In this document: positions 10,204 through 19,819 of the stretch, in pieces
Position numbering within the stretch: the stretch's first letter is position 1
Layout of the letters: every line of letters starts with the position of its first letter
Sequence record: SRR31156797_613
Reading direction: 5' to 3' (one strand)
DNA: 64,000 bases
Made by a program: the position numbers and the translations under genes
The notes under the pieces: model-generated
The model's database searches: none
What the model was told of the DNA's origin: nothing
The model's input: only the letters and a program-made list of their open reading frames with translations

Positions 10204-11967
10204 TTATTTCGCAGGTCCATATTCAAACGTAACAGTCATGGTCTCTATCAGACCCAAAGTATCCGAATCCAATATCGTTGCTGACAAGTACGGCTTCATT
10301 TTGGCGTTTTCACAACGTGCTTCCTCTGGGATTTCAGTCACCCATTCATTATATAAATTTACACGAGTACATATAGCATCATCAGCTGTTGTATATGGAA
10401 TTCCTGTCATAGCATAGTCCTCGTTATTTATTTTTATCTCTTTTATAGTGATTAAATAGTCAGGGAAGAGTAGCTCACCATTTGATATACCAATTGCTGC
10501 AAATGCTGTACTATCAGCATAACCAGCCTCCGTACCGGTGAAGTCCAGTCCCACCGTGTATGTGCCAGCTTCTTCGATTTTTACATCTGTTGCCTTGATT
10601 CCTTCTGTCGTAAGAGATGTATCATACAGGTCGCCAACGCTGTATGTTGCATTATAATCAATACTATTAAACATAATCCAAGCTATAGCATCTTCATCAC
10701 CTGCCAATGTAGTTTCCTCTTTATTAGCATCATTTACAATTGCTGCGTCTATAGAATCAGACATTGATTGTCTGGCATTCTCTTTTATCTCCTCTTGAGT
10801 TAATGACGATTGAGCTGATAAGCTTCTATAAAGAAATAAATCTGACAGACTCTCATCTACTATCTTTAGTTCAGATTTGATAAAGAAACTATTAGTATCC
10901 CAAAGCATAGGAACATAACCGTATAAATCACAATTATCTAGGAAATTGCTCATATAATCTACAGTATTATTTTTAATAGTACCGTCATTTTTTGTAAGAA
11001 CAGCGTATTCACCAAATACAATACCATAGCCTTGGTCAGTAAATTTGGTCATCATCTTAAGCAAATCGTTCATAGTGTTATAATGCTTCTCCGTGCCCCA
11101 GCTGGCAACCCCTGAAGTTCCACAATATGACCAAGGTGTATAATAATGAACAGACAGCAGTAATTTATCTTCTACAGTGTCTATTGGCATTATAAATCTT
11201 TCATCACATGTTCTTTCAATATCAGTATTATAACCTGCAATCAGTAGGAAACGATTAGCATTCATACCTCCTGTACTTCGAACAGTGTCTACAAATGCCT
11301 GATTAATAACGTTATTCATTTCATAGCATTCATCCTCTGACAGCGTACCAGAATCCCTAGCTATATCTTTATCATTTAGTCTGCTTCCCAGTTCTTCATT
11401 TGCACCTTCAAATATTAGTTTGTGGGAATAATCCTTGAATCTTTCTGACAACTGAGTCCACATAGAAACATATAATTCCATTGCATTCTCTCTGGTTTCA
11501 GGGTCTGCAGAGCCAAACATACCCCACCAGCCGCCATCCCAGTGATCGTTAAAGATTACATACATATCTGCATCCAATGCGTAGTTTACTATCTCCTCTA
11601 CCCTGTCTAAATAGCTTTCCGCAATAGTATAATCACCATTTTCATAATCCATTGTATTAGTCCATGCTACCGGTATCCTGATAGAATCAAAGCCTGCTTC
11701 TTTCATTGCCATAATCATCTCTGGCGTAGTAACAGGCTGCTTCCATATTGTTTCATAACTAGATACATCTGCATCAATACCTATTTCACTATGACCATAT
11801 GCTTCCATTGTATTTCCAAGGTTGATACCGTTACCCATCATATCAGCCAGCTCCAGCGATGTCACATCACTTAGATCATCACCTTTCTTTGAATTTGCGC
11901 ATCCAGACAATACTGCTGCAGAAATTATCATAATTATTACACTAACTAAAAAACGTCTATATTTCAT
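10204..11967 (-). CDS. GH5 endo-beta-1,4-glucanase/xyloglucanase lipoprotein (GH5_4-like) with C-terminal putative CBM
   Basis: Lipobox VLSGC; GINLGNT, RIPVAW, NDHWD, NE acid/base (GANEE), HYY, FGEY nucleophile, WD; ~160-aa C-terminal module. Confidence 0.9.
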   Translation of the reverse strand: MKYRRFLVSVIIMIISAAVLSGCANSKKGDDLSDVTSLELADMMGNGINLGNTMEAYGHSEIGIDADVSSYETIWKQPVTTPEMIMAMKEAGFDSIRIPVAWTNTMDYENGDYTIAESYLDRVEEIVNYALDADMYVIFNDHWDGGWWGMFGSADPETRENAMELYVSMWTQLSERFKDYSHKLIFEGANEELGSRLNDKDIARDSGTLSEDECYEMNNVINQAFVDTVRSTGGMNANRFLLIAGYNTDIERTCDERFIMPIDTVEDKLLLSVHYYTPWSYCGTSGVASWGTEKHYNTMNDLLKMMTKFTDQGYGIVFGEYAVLTKNDGTIKNNTVDYMSNFLDNCDLYGYVPMLWDTNSFFIKSELKIVDESLSDLFLYRSLSAQSSLTQEEIKENARQSMSDSIDAAIVNDANKEETTLAGDEDAIAWIMFNSIDYNATYSVGDLYDTSLTTEGIKATDVKIEEAGTYTVGLDFTGTEAGYADSTAFAAIGISNGELLFPDYLITIKEIKINNEDYAMTGIPYTTADDAICTRVNLYNEWVTEIPEEARCENAKMKPYLSATILDSDTLGLIETMTVTFEYGPAK

Positions 11968-12085
11968 ACATCAATCTCCTTCTTTAAATATGAATAAAGT
12001 GTGCCCAAATGTTGAACACACTAAATAGTTTACAGTATTACTTCCTTTAGCATAACCTAAAAAATGCTAGTAGATATATAGTACT

Positions 12086-12098
12086 AATTATAGATTTT
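12086..12098 (-). promoter_or_regulatory. Second copy of AAAATCTATAATT box, upstream of GH5
   Basis: Exact match to 3257-3269, at nearly the same distance from the start codon. Confidence 0.45.
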
Positions 12099-12136
12099 TC
12101 TGTTCCAATAAACAGTATTTACTGAAAACAGAGAAG

Positions 12137-13105
12137 TTATAATGCTTCATCTGTACTTTTCAATAGATTCTCATGCTTTGATTTAAAATGGTTTCTAACC
12201 CATTGAATATGTTTATCGTCATACATGCGATATGCACATTCAATAACCATAGCCAATGCCATATGAAATGCATACAGATTTCTTCTGATATCAAAATACT
12301 TCTCTTGTTCTGCGTTTTTTCCATAACCTTTGATAAAGTTTGTATAATCACCAACCCAGAAATATACCTCCATTAGATTGTCACCCCAAAGGCATCTTTC
12401 GAAATCAATTAACCCAGTAATTTTGCCTTCATTAACCAAAAAATTACCATCCCAGAGGTCTGAATGTACTAAGCAAGGTTCATTAACTACCATAAGGACA
12501 TCTTTTAACGAGTCAATCAAGCTAATAATATTTGAATAAGGCATACCAATATCCACATTCCTACGCTCTCCATCATGCAGCAGCATTGATGCTAAATCTT
12601 TATAGCATAGAAACCAGTTATCAAACTCTTTACTGCTATCTGCAAATAGTCCATACTTACTGGATTTAATATTATTAATCTGACGATTGTACTCCCCTAA
12701 GCGTTTTTCTATAGATACTCTTGTTTCTTTCGCTAAATTATCTTTTGCATGATTATATGTTATGCCCTCTAGCTTCTCCATTACAAAGTACTTGGATTCA
12801 ACTATATTATAGCTTTTATCATATAAATATATACTTGGAATAGGCACAGAGGCTTCTTTCTCAATTTTTTTCATGGCACTTACCTCTGCCTCAATTATAT
12901 CTTTTTCATGGCTCATTACTTCTATGTCTTTCGGTGGTGCGATTTTTATTATCCCTTTATGTCCACCTAGTGTTTCAACATCGTAGGCTGTGTTAAACCA
13001 TCCATCCTTTAACTCGGTAACCTTTTTAATATTTTCATCCCATACTTTTTCTGATATAGAGTTTAATTGCCCTGTTGATAACTTCATTTTTGTAATACTG
13101 TCCAT
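12137..13105 (-). CDS. APH/choline-kinase-fold phosphotransferase
   Basis: G.FN.AY loop, IIKIAP, HSDLWDGN (Brenner motif), IDFER. Confidence 0.85.
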   Translation of the reverse strand: MDSITKMKLSTGQLNSISEKVWDENIKKVTELKDGWFNTAYDVETLGGHKGIIKIAPPKDIEVMSHEKDIIEAEVSAMKKIEKEASVPIPSIYLYDKSYNIVESKYFVMEKLEGITYNHAKDNLAKETRVSIEKRLGEYNRQINNIKSSKYGLFADSSKEFDNWFLCYKDLASMLLHDGERRNVDIGMPYSNIISLIDSLKDVLMVVNEPCLVHSDLWDGNFLVNEGKITGLIDFERCLWGDNLMEVYFWVGDYTNFIKGYGKNAEQEKYFDIRRNLYAFHMALAMVIECAYRMYDDKHIQWVRNHFKSKHENLLKSTDEAL

Positions 13106-13120
13106 TATACTTGCTTCCCT

Positions 13121-13792
13121 TTACAATAATTTTCTGATAATAGGTTCCATATATGACGCAACAAAGGTAGTTCCCTTATCATTTAGGTGAAGTCCGTCAT
13201 CCAGATACATACTGTCAATTTCACTGTCTTCTAATTGCATGAATGCCTCAAGCAGGTCAATACATTCGATTCCATCATATCTTTTTAAAATTTCTTTATA
13301 GTATGGAACCAGCATGTCCATATATTTTTGCTGATGTTTACGCCATATGCATTTACGCACAGGAATTGGTATACATACAACGATTTGGGCTTTGGGATGA
13401 TTAGCTATTACATCATCTATTATCCTAGTGTAATCTTTAATAAACTTCTCATGATGCTCAATTAAATTATTGTATTTATCCTGAACAGGCAATACATCAT
13501 CCATCCCATCCTGAGCATCGTTTGTTCCCAGATTAATTGTAAAAATCTGTCCGTCAATATCCAGTGCTTCTTTATATTTCTTTGTACTGACATATGGCAA
13601 ACCCAAGATTCTGCCGTCCATAGTTGTATTTATAACGCAGGAGCCGCTAACCCCTTTATTATGAACCAGTACATTGCTTCCAAGTAATATATTAAGTTTA
13701 TAAGGATAGCTTTGTTCTTTGGAATCTAATCCGAACCCTTCAGTATTGCTATCGCCCATTGCTACTATTTGTATTTTTGTATCACTTTTCAT
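13121..13792 (-). CDS. SGNH/GDSL esterase, probable oligosaccharide acetylesterase
   Basis: GDSNT, GVSG, LGTND, DGLH blocks; no signal peptide; overlaps GH95 stop. Confidence 0.88.
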   Translation of the reverse strand: MKSDTKIQIVAMGDSNTEGFGLDSKEQSYPYKLNILLGSNVLVHNKGVSGSCVINTTMDGRILGLPYVSTKKYKEALDIDGQIFTINLGTNDAQDGMDDVLPVQDKYNNLIEHHEKFIKDYTRIIDDVIANHPKAQIVVCIPIPVRKCIWRKHQQKYMDMLVPYYKEILKRYDGIECIDLLEAFMQLEDSEIDSMYLDDGLHLNDKGTTFVASYMEPIIRKLL

Positions 13793-16046
13793 GTATAACT
13801 TCTTCTCTGCTTTCCTCTAAATGTATGGATAATCTATTTCCGTTTATAAGTATTTCTACATCCTGTTTATCTGGAGATATGAAACTTGCTTTCTGAACTT
13901 CATTATTTTCCCACCATATGGATACCTGAATATTATTACGTGCTTTAAGCCCCGTAATATACCCCTTATCCCATTTATCAGGCAAAGCTGGGAGTAAACG
14001 CAATATACCTTCATGGCTTTGCAGAAGCATCTCAGCTATTCCTGCAGTTCCTCCTAAATTGCCGTCAATTTGAAAAGGAGGATGCATGTCAAAAAGGTTA
14101 TCAGCAGTAGAATGATTTAGAAGTGCTTCAATATTCTTAATAGCTTTATTACCGTCATGCAGTCTGGCATAGAAATTAATTATCCAGGCTCTAGACCAAC
14201 CTGTATGTCCTCCTCCTGATTCAAGCCTCTCCTGCAATGTAATCTTCGCAGCCTCAAAGAGCTCTGGAGTATTAGATTCTGTAATTGTATCTCCGGGATG
14301 AAGCCCATATAGATGCGATACATGTCTATGCCCTTTTTCCCATTCTTTATATTCTTTCTGCCATTCTAATATCTGTCCTCTTGAGCCTAATTTTTCCTTT
14401 GGCAAATCTATTATCATTTCTTTTATTTTGCTAACTACATAGTTATCTTCATTTAATTCTTTAGAAATTTCCAAAAAACCACTCCACAAGTGGTAAATAA
14501 TCTGACTGTCCATAGTAGGACCATAGCATAAGACTCCCATTTCACCATTATCAAGCAAATACGTATTCTCTGGTGAGACAGAAGGACATGTAACCCAGTT
14601 ATTATCTTCATCTTTTATCAAGTAATCTACAAGGAACAATGAGGCTCCCTTTAATAACTCATATTTTTCTTGTATAAAAGTGTAATCTCTATTAAATCTA
14701 AAATGTTCAATAATATGAGTTGCAAGCCACGCCATACCAACTGGCCATATTGTTGCAGGCATCCATTGATCCTGCGGAGCACAATCACCATAAATATCAG
14801 TATTATGATGAGCAGTGATACCTCTGCAGCCATACATTTTTGATGCTGTTTCACTTCCTTGTGGTTTCATTCTTTCAAGGTGGTCAAATAATGGAATATT
14901 ACATTCACTTAAGTTGGTAACATCAGCAAGCCAGTAATTCATCTCAGTATTAATATTAATAGTATACTTGCATCCCCACGGCGGCTGCATATCTTTGCTC
15001 CATATTCCCTGCAGATTAGCAGGCAGTGCTCCCTCTCTGCTGCAGGAAATCAACAAATAGCGTCCATAATTAAAATACAGTTCGATTAAGCCTATATCCT
15101 TGCAATCATTTTTATAGGTTTTAAGCCTTACATCTGTTGGTAAATTAGAACAATCTATATCCCCATTCAAGTCAATGTCCACCCTATTGTACAAAGCCGA
15201 ATAATCATAAATATGAGCAGATAGCAGCTGCTCGTATGTTTTTTCTGATGCTTTATCTAATGTTTCCTGACACCATTTTTCAGGGTCATGATTATAGTAA
15301 TCGGTAGAGCCTGTAACTAAAATTATCGCTTCTTCTGCGTTAGATACATTTATAGCTGATCCTGCGCAAGCTATATTGCCATCCTTACATATCACTTTTG
15401 CTGCAGATACAAAGAGACTTCCTCCTCCTCCAGCTATGCCGCTTAATGTAATTGTATCTTCTTTTGCATATATGCTTTCACACATATCTCCCCTATCTAG
15501 TTCAACCCTAAAGGATAGCTTGCGTTCGCCTTTAGCTTTTAGTTTAATGACCATTACTCTATCAGGATAAGAAATAAACATTTCTCTAGAATAGGCAGTA
15601 TTATCGCAATCGTATGTACATTCATACACGCTTTTATCAAGATGTAGTTTACGAGAATAATTAGTGTAATTTTTATTTAGTTCTTTGTTCATTTGACTAT
15701 GATGCAGAATTTTCTTATCAAAAGATATTAATAAGTCTGCTAATGGTTCATAATGTCCCTGAGAATATGGAGTTCCGAACATTTTTGTAAAGGCAAGTTC
15801 TTCCGCCTTGACTAGCTCTCCATCAAAAATCGCCTTTCTGATATCATCAATTGCATTTTTTGCATATGGGTTAATTCTATTTCTCTTGCCTCCGTACCAT
15901 ACAGATTCCTGATTTAGTTTAATAACTTCTTTACTTACGCCACCGTATACCATAGCTCCAAGGAATCCATTACCCAATGGTAGTGCTTCTTCCCAAATAT
16001 CAGGATTTGCAGGTTTGTTGTAATATAATTTTTTATTTTCACTCAT
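13782..16046 (-). CDS. GH95 alpha-1,2-L-fucosidase
   Basis: ALPLGNG.LGAM, YGRYLLISCSR, NLQGIW, NINTEMNYW, HRHVSHL, FQIDGN; ATG 16046 after AGGTGA. Confidence 0.93.
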   Translation of the reverse strand: MSENKKLYYNKPANPDIWEEALPLGNGFLGAMVYGGVSKEVIKLNQESVWYGGKRNRINPYAKNAIDDIRKAIFDGELVKAEELAFTKMFGTPYSQGHYEPLADLLISFDKKILHHSQMNKELNKNYTNYSRKLHLDKSVYECTYDCDNTAYSREMFISYPDRVMVIKLKAKGERKLSFRVELDRGDMCESIYAKEDTITLSGIAGGGGSLFVSAAKVICKDGNIACAGSAINVSNAEEAIILVTGSTDYYNHDPEKWCQETLDKASEKTYEQLLSAHIYDYSALYNRVDIDLNGDIDCSNLPTDVRLKTYKNDCKDIGLIELYFNYGRYLLISCSREGALPANLQGIWSKDMQPPWGCKYTININTEMNYWLADVTNLSECNIPLFDHLERMKPQGSETASKMYGCRGITAHHNTDIYGDCAPQDQWMPATIWPVGMAWLATHIIEHFRFNRDYTFIQEKYELLKGASLFLVDYLIKDEDNNWVTCPSVSPENTYLLDNGEMGVLCYGPTMDSQIIYHLWSGFLEISKELNEDNYVVSKIKEMIIDLPKEKLGSRGQILEWQKEYKEWEKGHRHVSHLYGLHPGDTITESNTPELFEAAKITLQERLESGGGHTGWSRAWIINFYARLHDGNKAIKNIEALLNHSTADNLFDMHPPFQIDGNLGGTAGIAEMLLQSHEGILRLLPALPDKWDKGYITGLKARNNIQVSIWWENNEVQKASFISPDKQDVEILINGNRLSIHLEESREEVIHEK

Positions 16047-16458
16047 TAATACTTTCACCTATTCGTTTCTTAATCCTAATTTAATTCAAGTTATTAAATT
16101 AGTCAATTTATAAATTAGATATAAATAACATATCAAATTATACGTTACATGTGAAATGATAGCAAATGCTTACTAATACTTTTATAAATCAACATAATAT
16201 GCAATAATGTGTATTAACAAACTACTATTAAATGTAATTGTAGTATTTAAATAAATAATAGAACGTGTTATACTTATGACGAAGAAGGATAATACTAAAA
16301 ATAATTCAATTTGCATATAGCAGATACTTATCTAGTTGACTGCTTATAATATTACTTATTTTCATTCTTCTTTTTAGAAAACCTTTTTTGCTAGTATTAA
16401 CTGATGCAAAAATTATCTGATTTTAGATTATATTTTATTGCTCTAGGGATATTATATT

Positions 16459-18216
16459 ATGAGACAAAACCAAAAAAAACTTATAAATGTAATTTTCACA
16501 CTGCTGTACTTATCAGGCATATGCACAGGATGCACTAAATTGAACCCAAGTAGTATAGGCTCTTCTGGTTCGATTAACTCATCTGAGTATAATGAATTTA
16601 TTACAGTTGATGTGTTTTGTTCTAATGCAAATTATCAGGGTATACAAGCTGGATGGTTTGGTAAAGTAGTTAAGGAAAAATTCAACATGGAGCTTAACAT
16701 TATAGCTCCGAATGTCTCCGGCGGCGGCGAGACGCTGTACCAGACACGTTCTGCTGCAGGCAGTCTTGGTGATATTGTTATGATTAATGCTGATAAAGGG
16801 CGTTTAACAGATTCAGTATCAGCAGGTCTTCTCCTAGATATGTCTGAGTATGCAGATTTGATGCCTAATGCAATGCAATATCAGGACGGTGTAAAAATGC
16901 TGCAGAACTTTATAGGTGATTCTGAAACAATTTTTGCCGTGCCCTCCAGTGTATCCTCATATCCTGCAACCGAACCCTCTGAAAGCACTGAACCTACATA
17001 CGGTGCATACTTACGATGGGATTTATATACACAAATAGGTACACCCACAATAAGCACTCTCGAGGATTTACTGCCTATACTAAAACAAATGCAGGAAACC
17101 TATCCTGAAACTGAATCTGGTGAGAAAGTTTATGGGTTTTCATTATTTAAAGATTGGGACGGCAATATGATGATGATGGGCAAACAGCCTACTTGTCTTT
17201 ACGGATATGATGAAGTAGGATTTGTTCTAAGCAGAGCTGACGGTACAGATGACCAAAGTATAATCGACAGTGACTCTTACTATATTAGAGCATTGCATTT
17301 TTTCTTTGCAGCAAACCAGCTTGGATTAGTCGATCCTGAATCTACAACTCAGAGTTGGAGCAATGTATGGGATAAATGTGCGGATGGAACAGTTCTGTTT
17401 TCATTTTGGCCTTGGCTTGGTCAGGCTGCATACAATACCAATGACAATCTGGATGAAGGTAAGGGGTTTATGTTGGCTCCTGTTGATGATATGAAGATAT
17501 TTTCATATGGTGCGATGCCTGCCGGTGAGAAATACGTAATTGGAATTGGTTCCAAAGCACAAGACCCTGAACGTATGGCAGCATTTATTGACTGGTTATA
17601 TTCACCTGAGGGCATAATGCTAAGCACTTCGCAAACCGGCAGTACTTGCGGTCCTGAAGGTTTGACATGGGAAATGGTCGATGGTGAACCTTGTCTTACC
17701 GACTTCGGCGTAAAAGCAATGCTTGAGGGAGGTACAGAAGTCCCTGAAGAATGGGGCGGCGGAAATTGGAACGAAGGAGTAAGTCAGCTGAATTTCCAGA
17801 CTGTTCTTCAAAAAGACATTAATACAGATACTGGCTTCTCGTATGATTTCAAACTATGGAAATCTTATATGGAATACACTTCAACACCTGTACATGAGTC
17901 ATGGCGAGAAATCATGGGTTCAGAATCAACATTTGAATACCTTATAGATAATGACAAGCTTATGGTAGCTGCCGGCATAGATTATATTCCTCCAGCAGAA
18001 GAATCAGAAATAAGTGCTATGAGAGATCAATGCAAGGCTATAATTATTGAAAAATCCTGGAAAATGGTGTTTGCAAAAGATGAAGATGAATTCTACGAAC
18101 TTCTAGAAGAAATGCAGGATACTGTACTTGAATTAGGTTACGAGAAGGTATTAGAATTCGATATGCAGATAGCTGCTGAGCAAACAGCAAAAAGAATGGA
18201 AAATCAAAACGAATAA
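16459..18216 (+). CDS. Second oligosaccharide-binding lipoprotein, probable sensory SBP of the two-component system
   Basis: Lipobox-like ICTGC; paralogous to 7753..9420 (GWF, LRWDLY, DWDG.M, DP.S.TQ.W, SWK); no adjacent permease; next to the RR/HK pair. Confidence 0.82.
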   Translation: MRQNQKKLINVIFTLLYLSGICTGCTKLNPSSIGSSGSINSSEYNEFITVDVFCSNANYQGIQAGWFGKVVKEKFNMELNIIAPNVSGGGETLYQTRSAAGSLGDIVMINADKGRLTDSVSAGLLLDMSEYADLMPNAMQYQDGVKMLQNFIGDSETIFAVPSSVSSYPATEPSESTEPTYGAYLRWDLYTQIGTPTISTLEDLLPILKQMQETYPETESGEKVYGFSLFKDWDGNMMMMGKQPTCLYGYDEVGFVLSRADGTDDQSIIDSDSYYIRALHFFFAANQLGLVDPESTTQSWSNVWDKCADGTVLFSFWPWLGQAAYNTNDNLDEGKGFMLAPVDDMKIFSYGAMPAGEKYVIGIGSKAQDPERMAAFIDWLYSPEGIMLSTSQTGSTCGPEGLTWEMVDGEPCLTDFGVKAMLEGGTEVPEEWGGGNWNEGVSQLNFQTVLQKDINTDTGFSYDFKLWKSYMEYTSTPVHESWREIMGSESTFEYLIDNDKLMVAAGIDYIPPAEESEISAMRDQCKAIIIEKSWKMVFAKDEDEFYELLEEMQDTVLELGYEKVLEFDMQIAAEQTAKRMENQNE

Positions 18217-18275
18217 TTTTGCCAGTATATCTGTATGCGTATTCTAGGCAGATACTCATATCTACAAACAGAAAA

Positions 18276-19817
18276 TCATTCTATTTCTACAGCATGAGCA
18301 ATCCTGTATTCATTTGGTGTACAGCCTTCAAAATGCTTGAATTTGAGGTGAAAATAGTCTACATTTTTATACCCTACCAGTGAAGATATTTCATAGATTT
18401 TGTATTTCTTGTTAAGAAGCAGTTCTTTTGCCTTTTCTGCTCTGATTTTGTGCAGATAATCATTAAATCCAGCACCTAATTTTTTACTAAATATCTTACC
18501 CAAATAAGAACTGTTATACCCAAACCTTGGTGCAATATTTTTCAATTTAATATCTTCACTATAATGATATTTCATATATTCTACAATTTCATCTACAATG
18601 CTTTCACTGCTGTATCCTCCTATTATCTGTATAAGCCTATTAGCTTCAGTTTTCATAAACAGCAGCAGCTCCTGCAGATACGCACAGCTATGAAACCACT
18701 GTATGATTTCAGCATTGGTTAAGAATTCAGGATTATAATTTGCATATGTCCTTTTAAACTCCTGTACAATGAATATATACATTCCTGCCAATACACTTTT
18801 TATTGATTCTCCGCTGTTTCTGGAATGTATCAGCTGGGATTTTAACTCACTAAAGAAAGTATCACATTCACTTTTTTTAAATACTATGATTAAATCATAT
18901 AGCTGCTGACCTAAACTTTTTGAATCCTTAGCCGTGAAAAAATGCGTTAAACTCTCAGAATCAGGTAAGTCAGATTCATCAGCAAAGTGTTTATCCTGCT
19001 CAAAAAAGAACTGATTTACAAATACTTTCTGTGCTTGATAGTATGATTTGAATATTCCTTCTGCACTTTCTATAATATTACCAATTGCAATAAAATACGA
19101 GTTGTTTTCAGTAGATTCATATCTGGCACAATACGAATTCAATCGGTTTATTATCTTTTCACCTTTTAAAAGCACAACTGGTTTACCGCCGATATATACT
19201 CTCTTAATCATATTACCATTGCTGGGAACTTTTAGTGCTTCGCACAATAACGCATATGCGTCATAGTCTTCATCGATTGATTTTAGTATCAAGACCTGAT
19301 ATTTTTTAGCCTTTAAGTCTAAATCAGCCAAAGTATACTGGTCTTTGTTTAGATCAGTACTCTCACCTTTGATAATATCCTCTAGAATTCTATCCTTTGC
19401 TTTTTCCTGATAGTAACTTAGATGTCTATGGTGCTTATTTTTTCTAAGTATTTTTGACCTAATATCCAAAACAGCATCCATAAGTTCTTCTTCATCTATA
19501 GGCTTTGTAAGATAACGATCAACATCACAGCGTATTGCATCCTGAGCAAATTTGAATTCTGAATAACCGCTCAAAATTATCACCCGTCCGTCATATCCAT
19601 CTTGTCTTAGCTTACTAGCCACCTGTAAGCCATGAAGCTTAGGCATTCTAATATCTAAGAGAATTAAATTTGGATTTAGATTTTTGATTTCTTCATATGC
19701 AGTCAGTCCATTTCCCGCTTCACCGCAAACCTCAAAGCCTAATTCATTCCAATCTATTATTTTTTTTAATCCCTGACGTACTACTTCTTCGTCATCAGCA
19801 ATATATACTTTTAGCAT
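18276..19817 (-). CDS. YesN-type response regulator (receiver + AraC HTH)
   Basis: IADDE, LLDIRMP, YLTKP; C-terminal VGYKNVDYF...FK...GCTP.EYR. Confidence 0.93.
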   Translation of the reverse strand: MLKVYIADDEEVVRQGLKKIIDWNELGFEVCGEAGNGLTAYEEIKNLNPNLILLDIRMPKLHGLQVASKLRQDGYDGRVIILSGYSEFKFAQDAIRCDVDRYLTKPIDEEELMDAVLDIRSKILRKNKHHRHLSYYQEKAKDRILEDIIKGESTDLNKDQYTLADLDLKAKKYQVLILKSIDEDYDAYALLCEALKVPSNGNMIKRVYIGGKPVVLLKGEKIINRLNSYCARYESTENNSYFIAIGNIIESAEGIFKSYYQAQKVFVNQFFFEQDKHFADESDLPDSESLTHFFTAKDSKSLGQQLYDLIIVFKKSECDTFFSELKSQLIHSRNSGESIKSVLAGMYIFIVQEFKRTYANYNPEFLTNAEIIQWFHSCAYLQELLLFMKTEANRLIQIIGGYSSESIVDEIVEYMKYHYSEDIKLKNIAPRFGYNSSYLGKIFSKKLGAGFNDYLHKIRAEKAKELLLNKKYKIYEISSLVGYKNVDYFHLKFKHFEGCTPNEYRIAHAVEIE

Positions 19818-19819
19818 TT

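Noticed and set aside
12137-13105. Aminoglycoside resistance gene
   Set aside because: Only the general kinase fold motifs are present; the context is a carbohydrate operon with no mobile element
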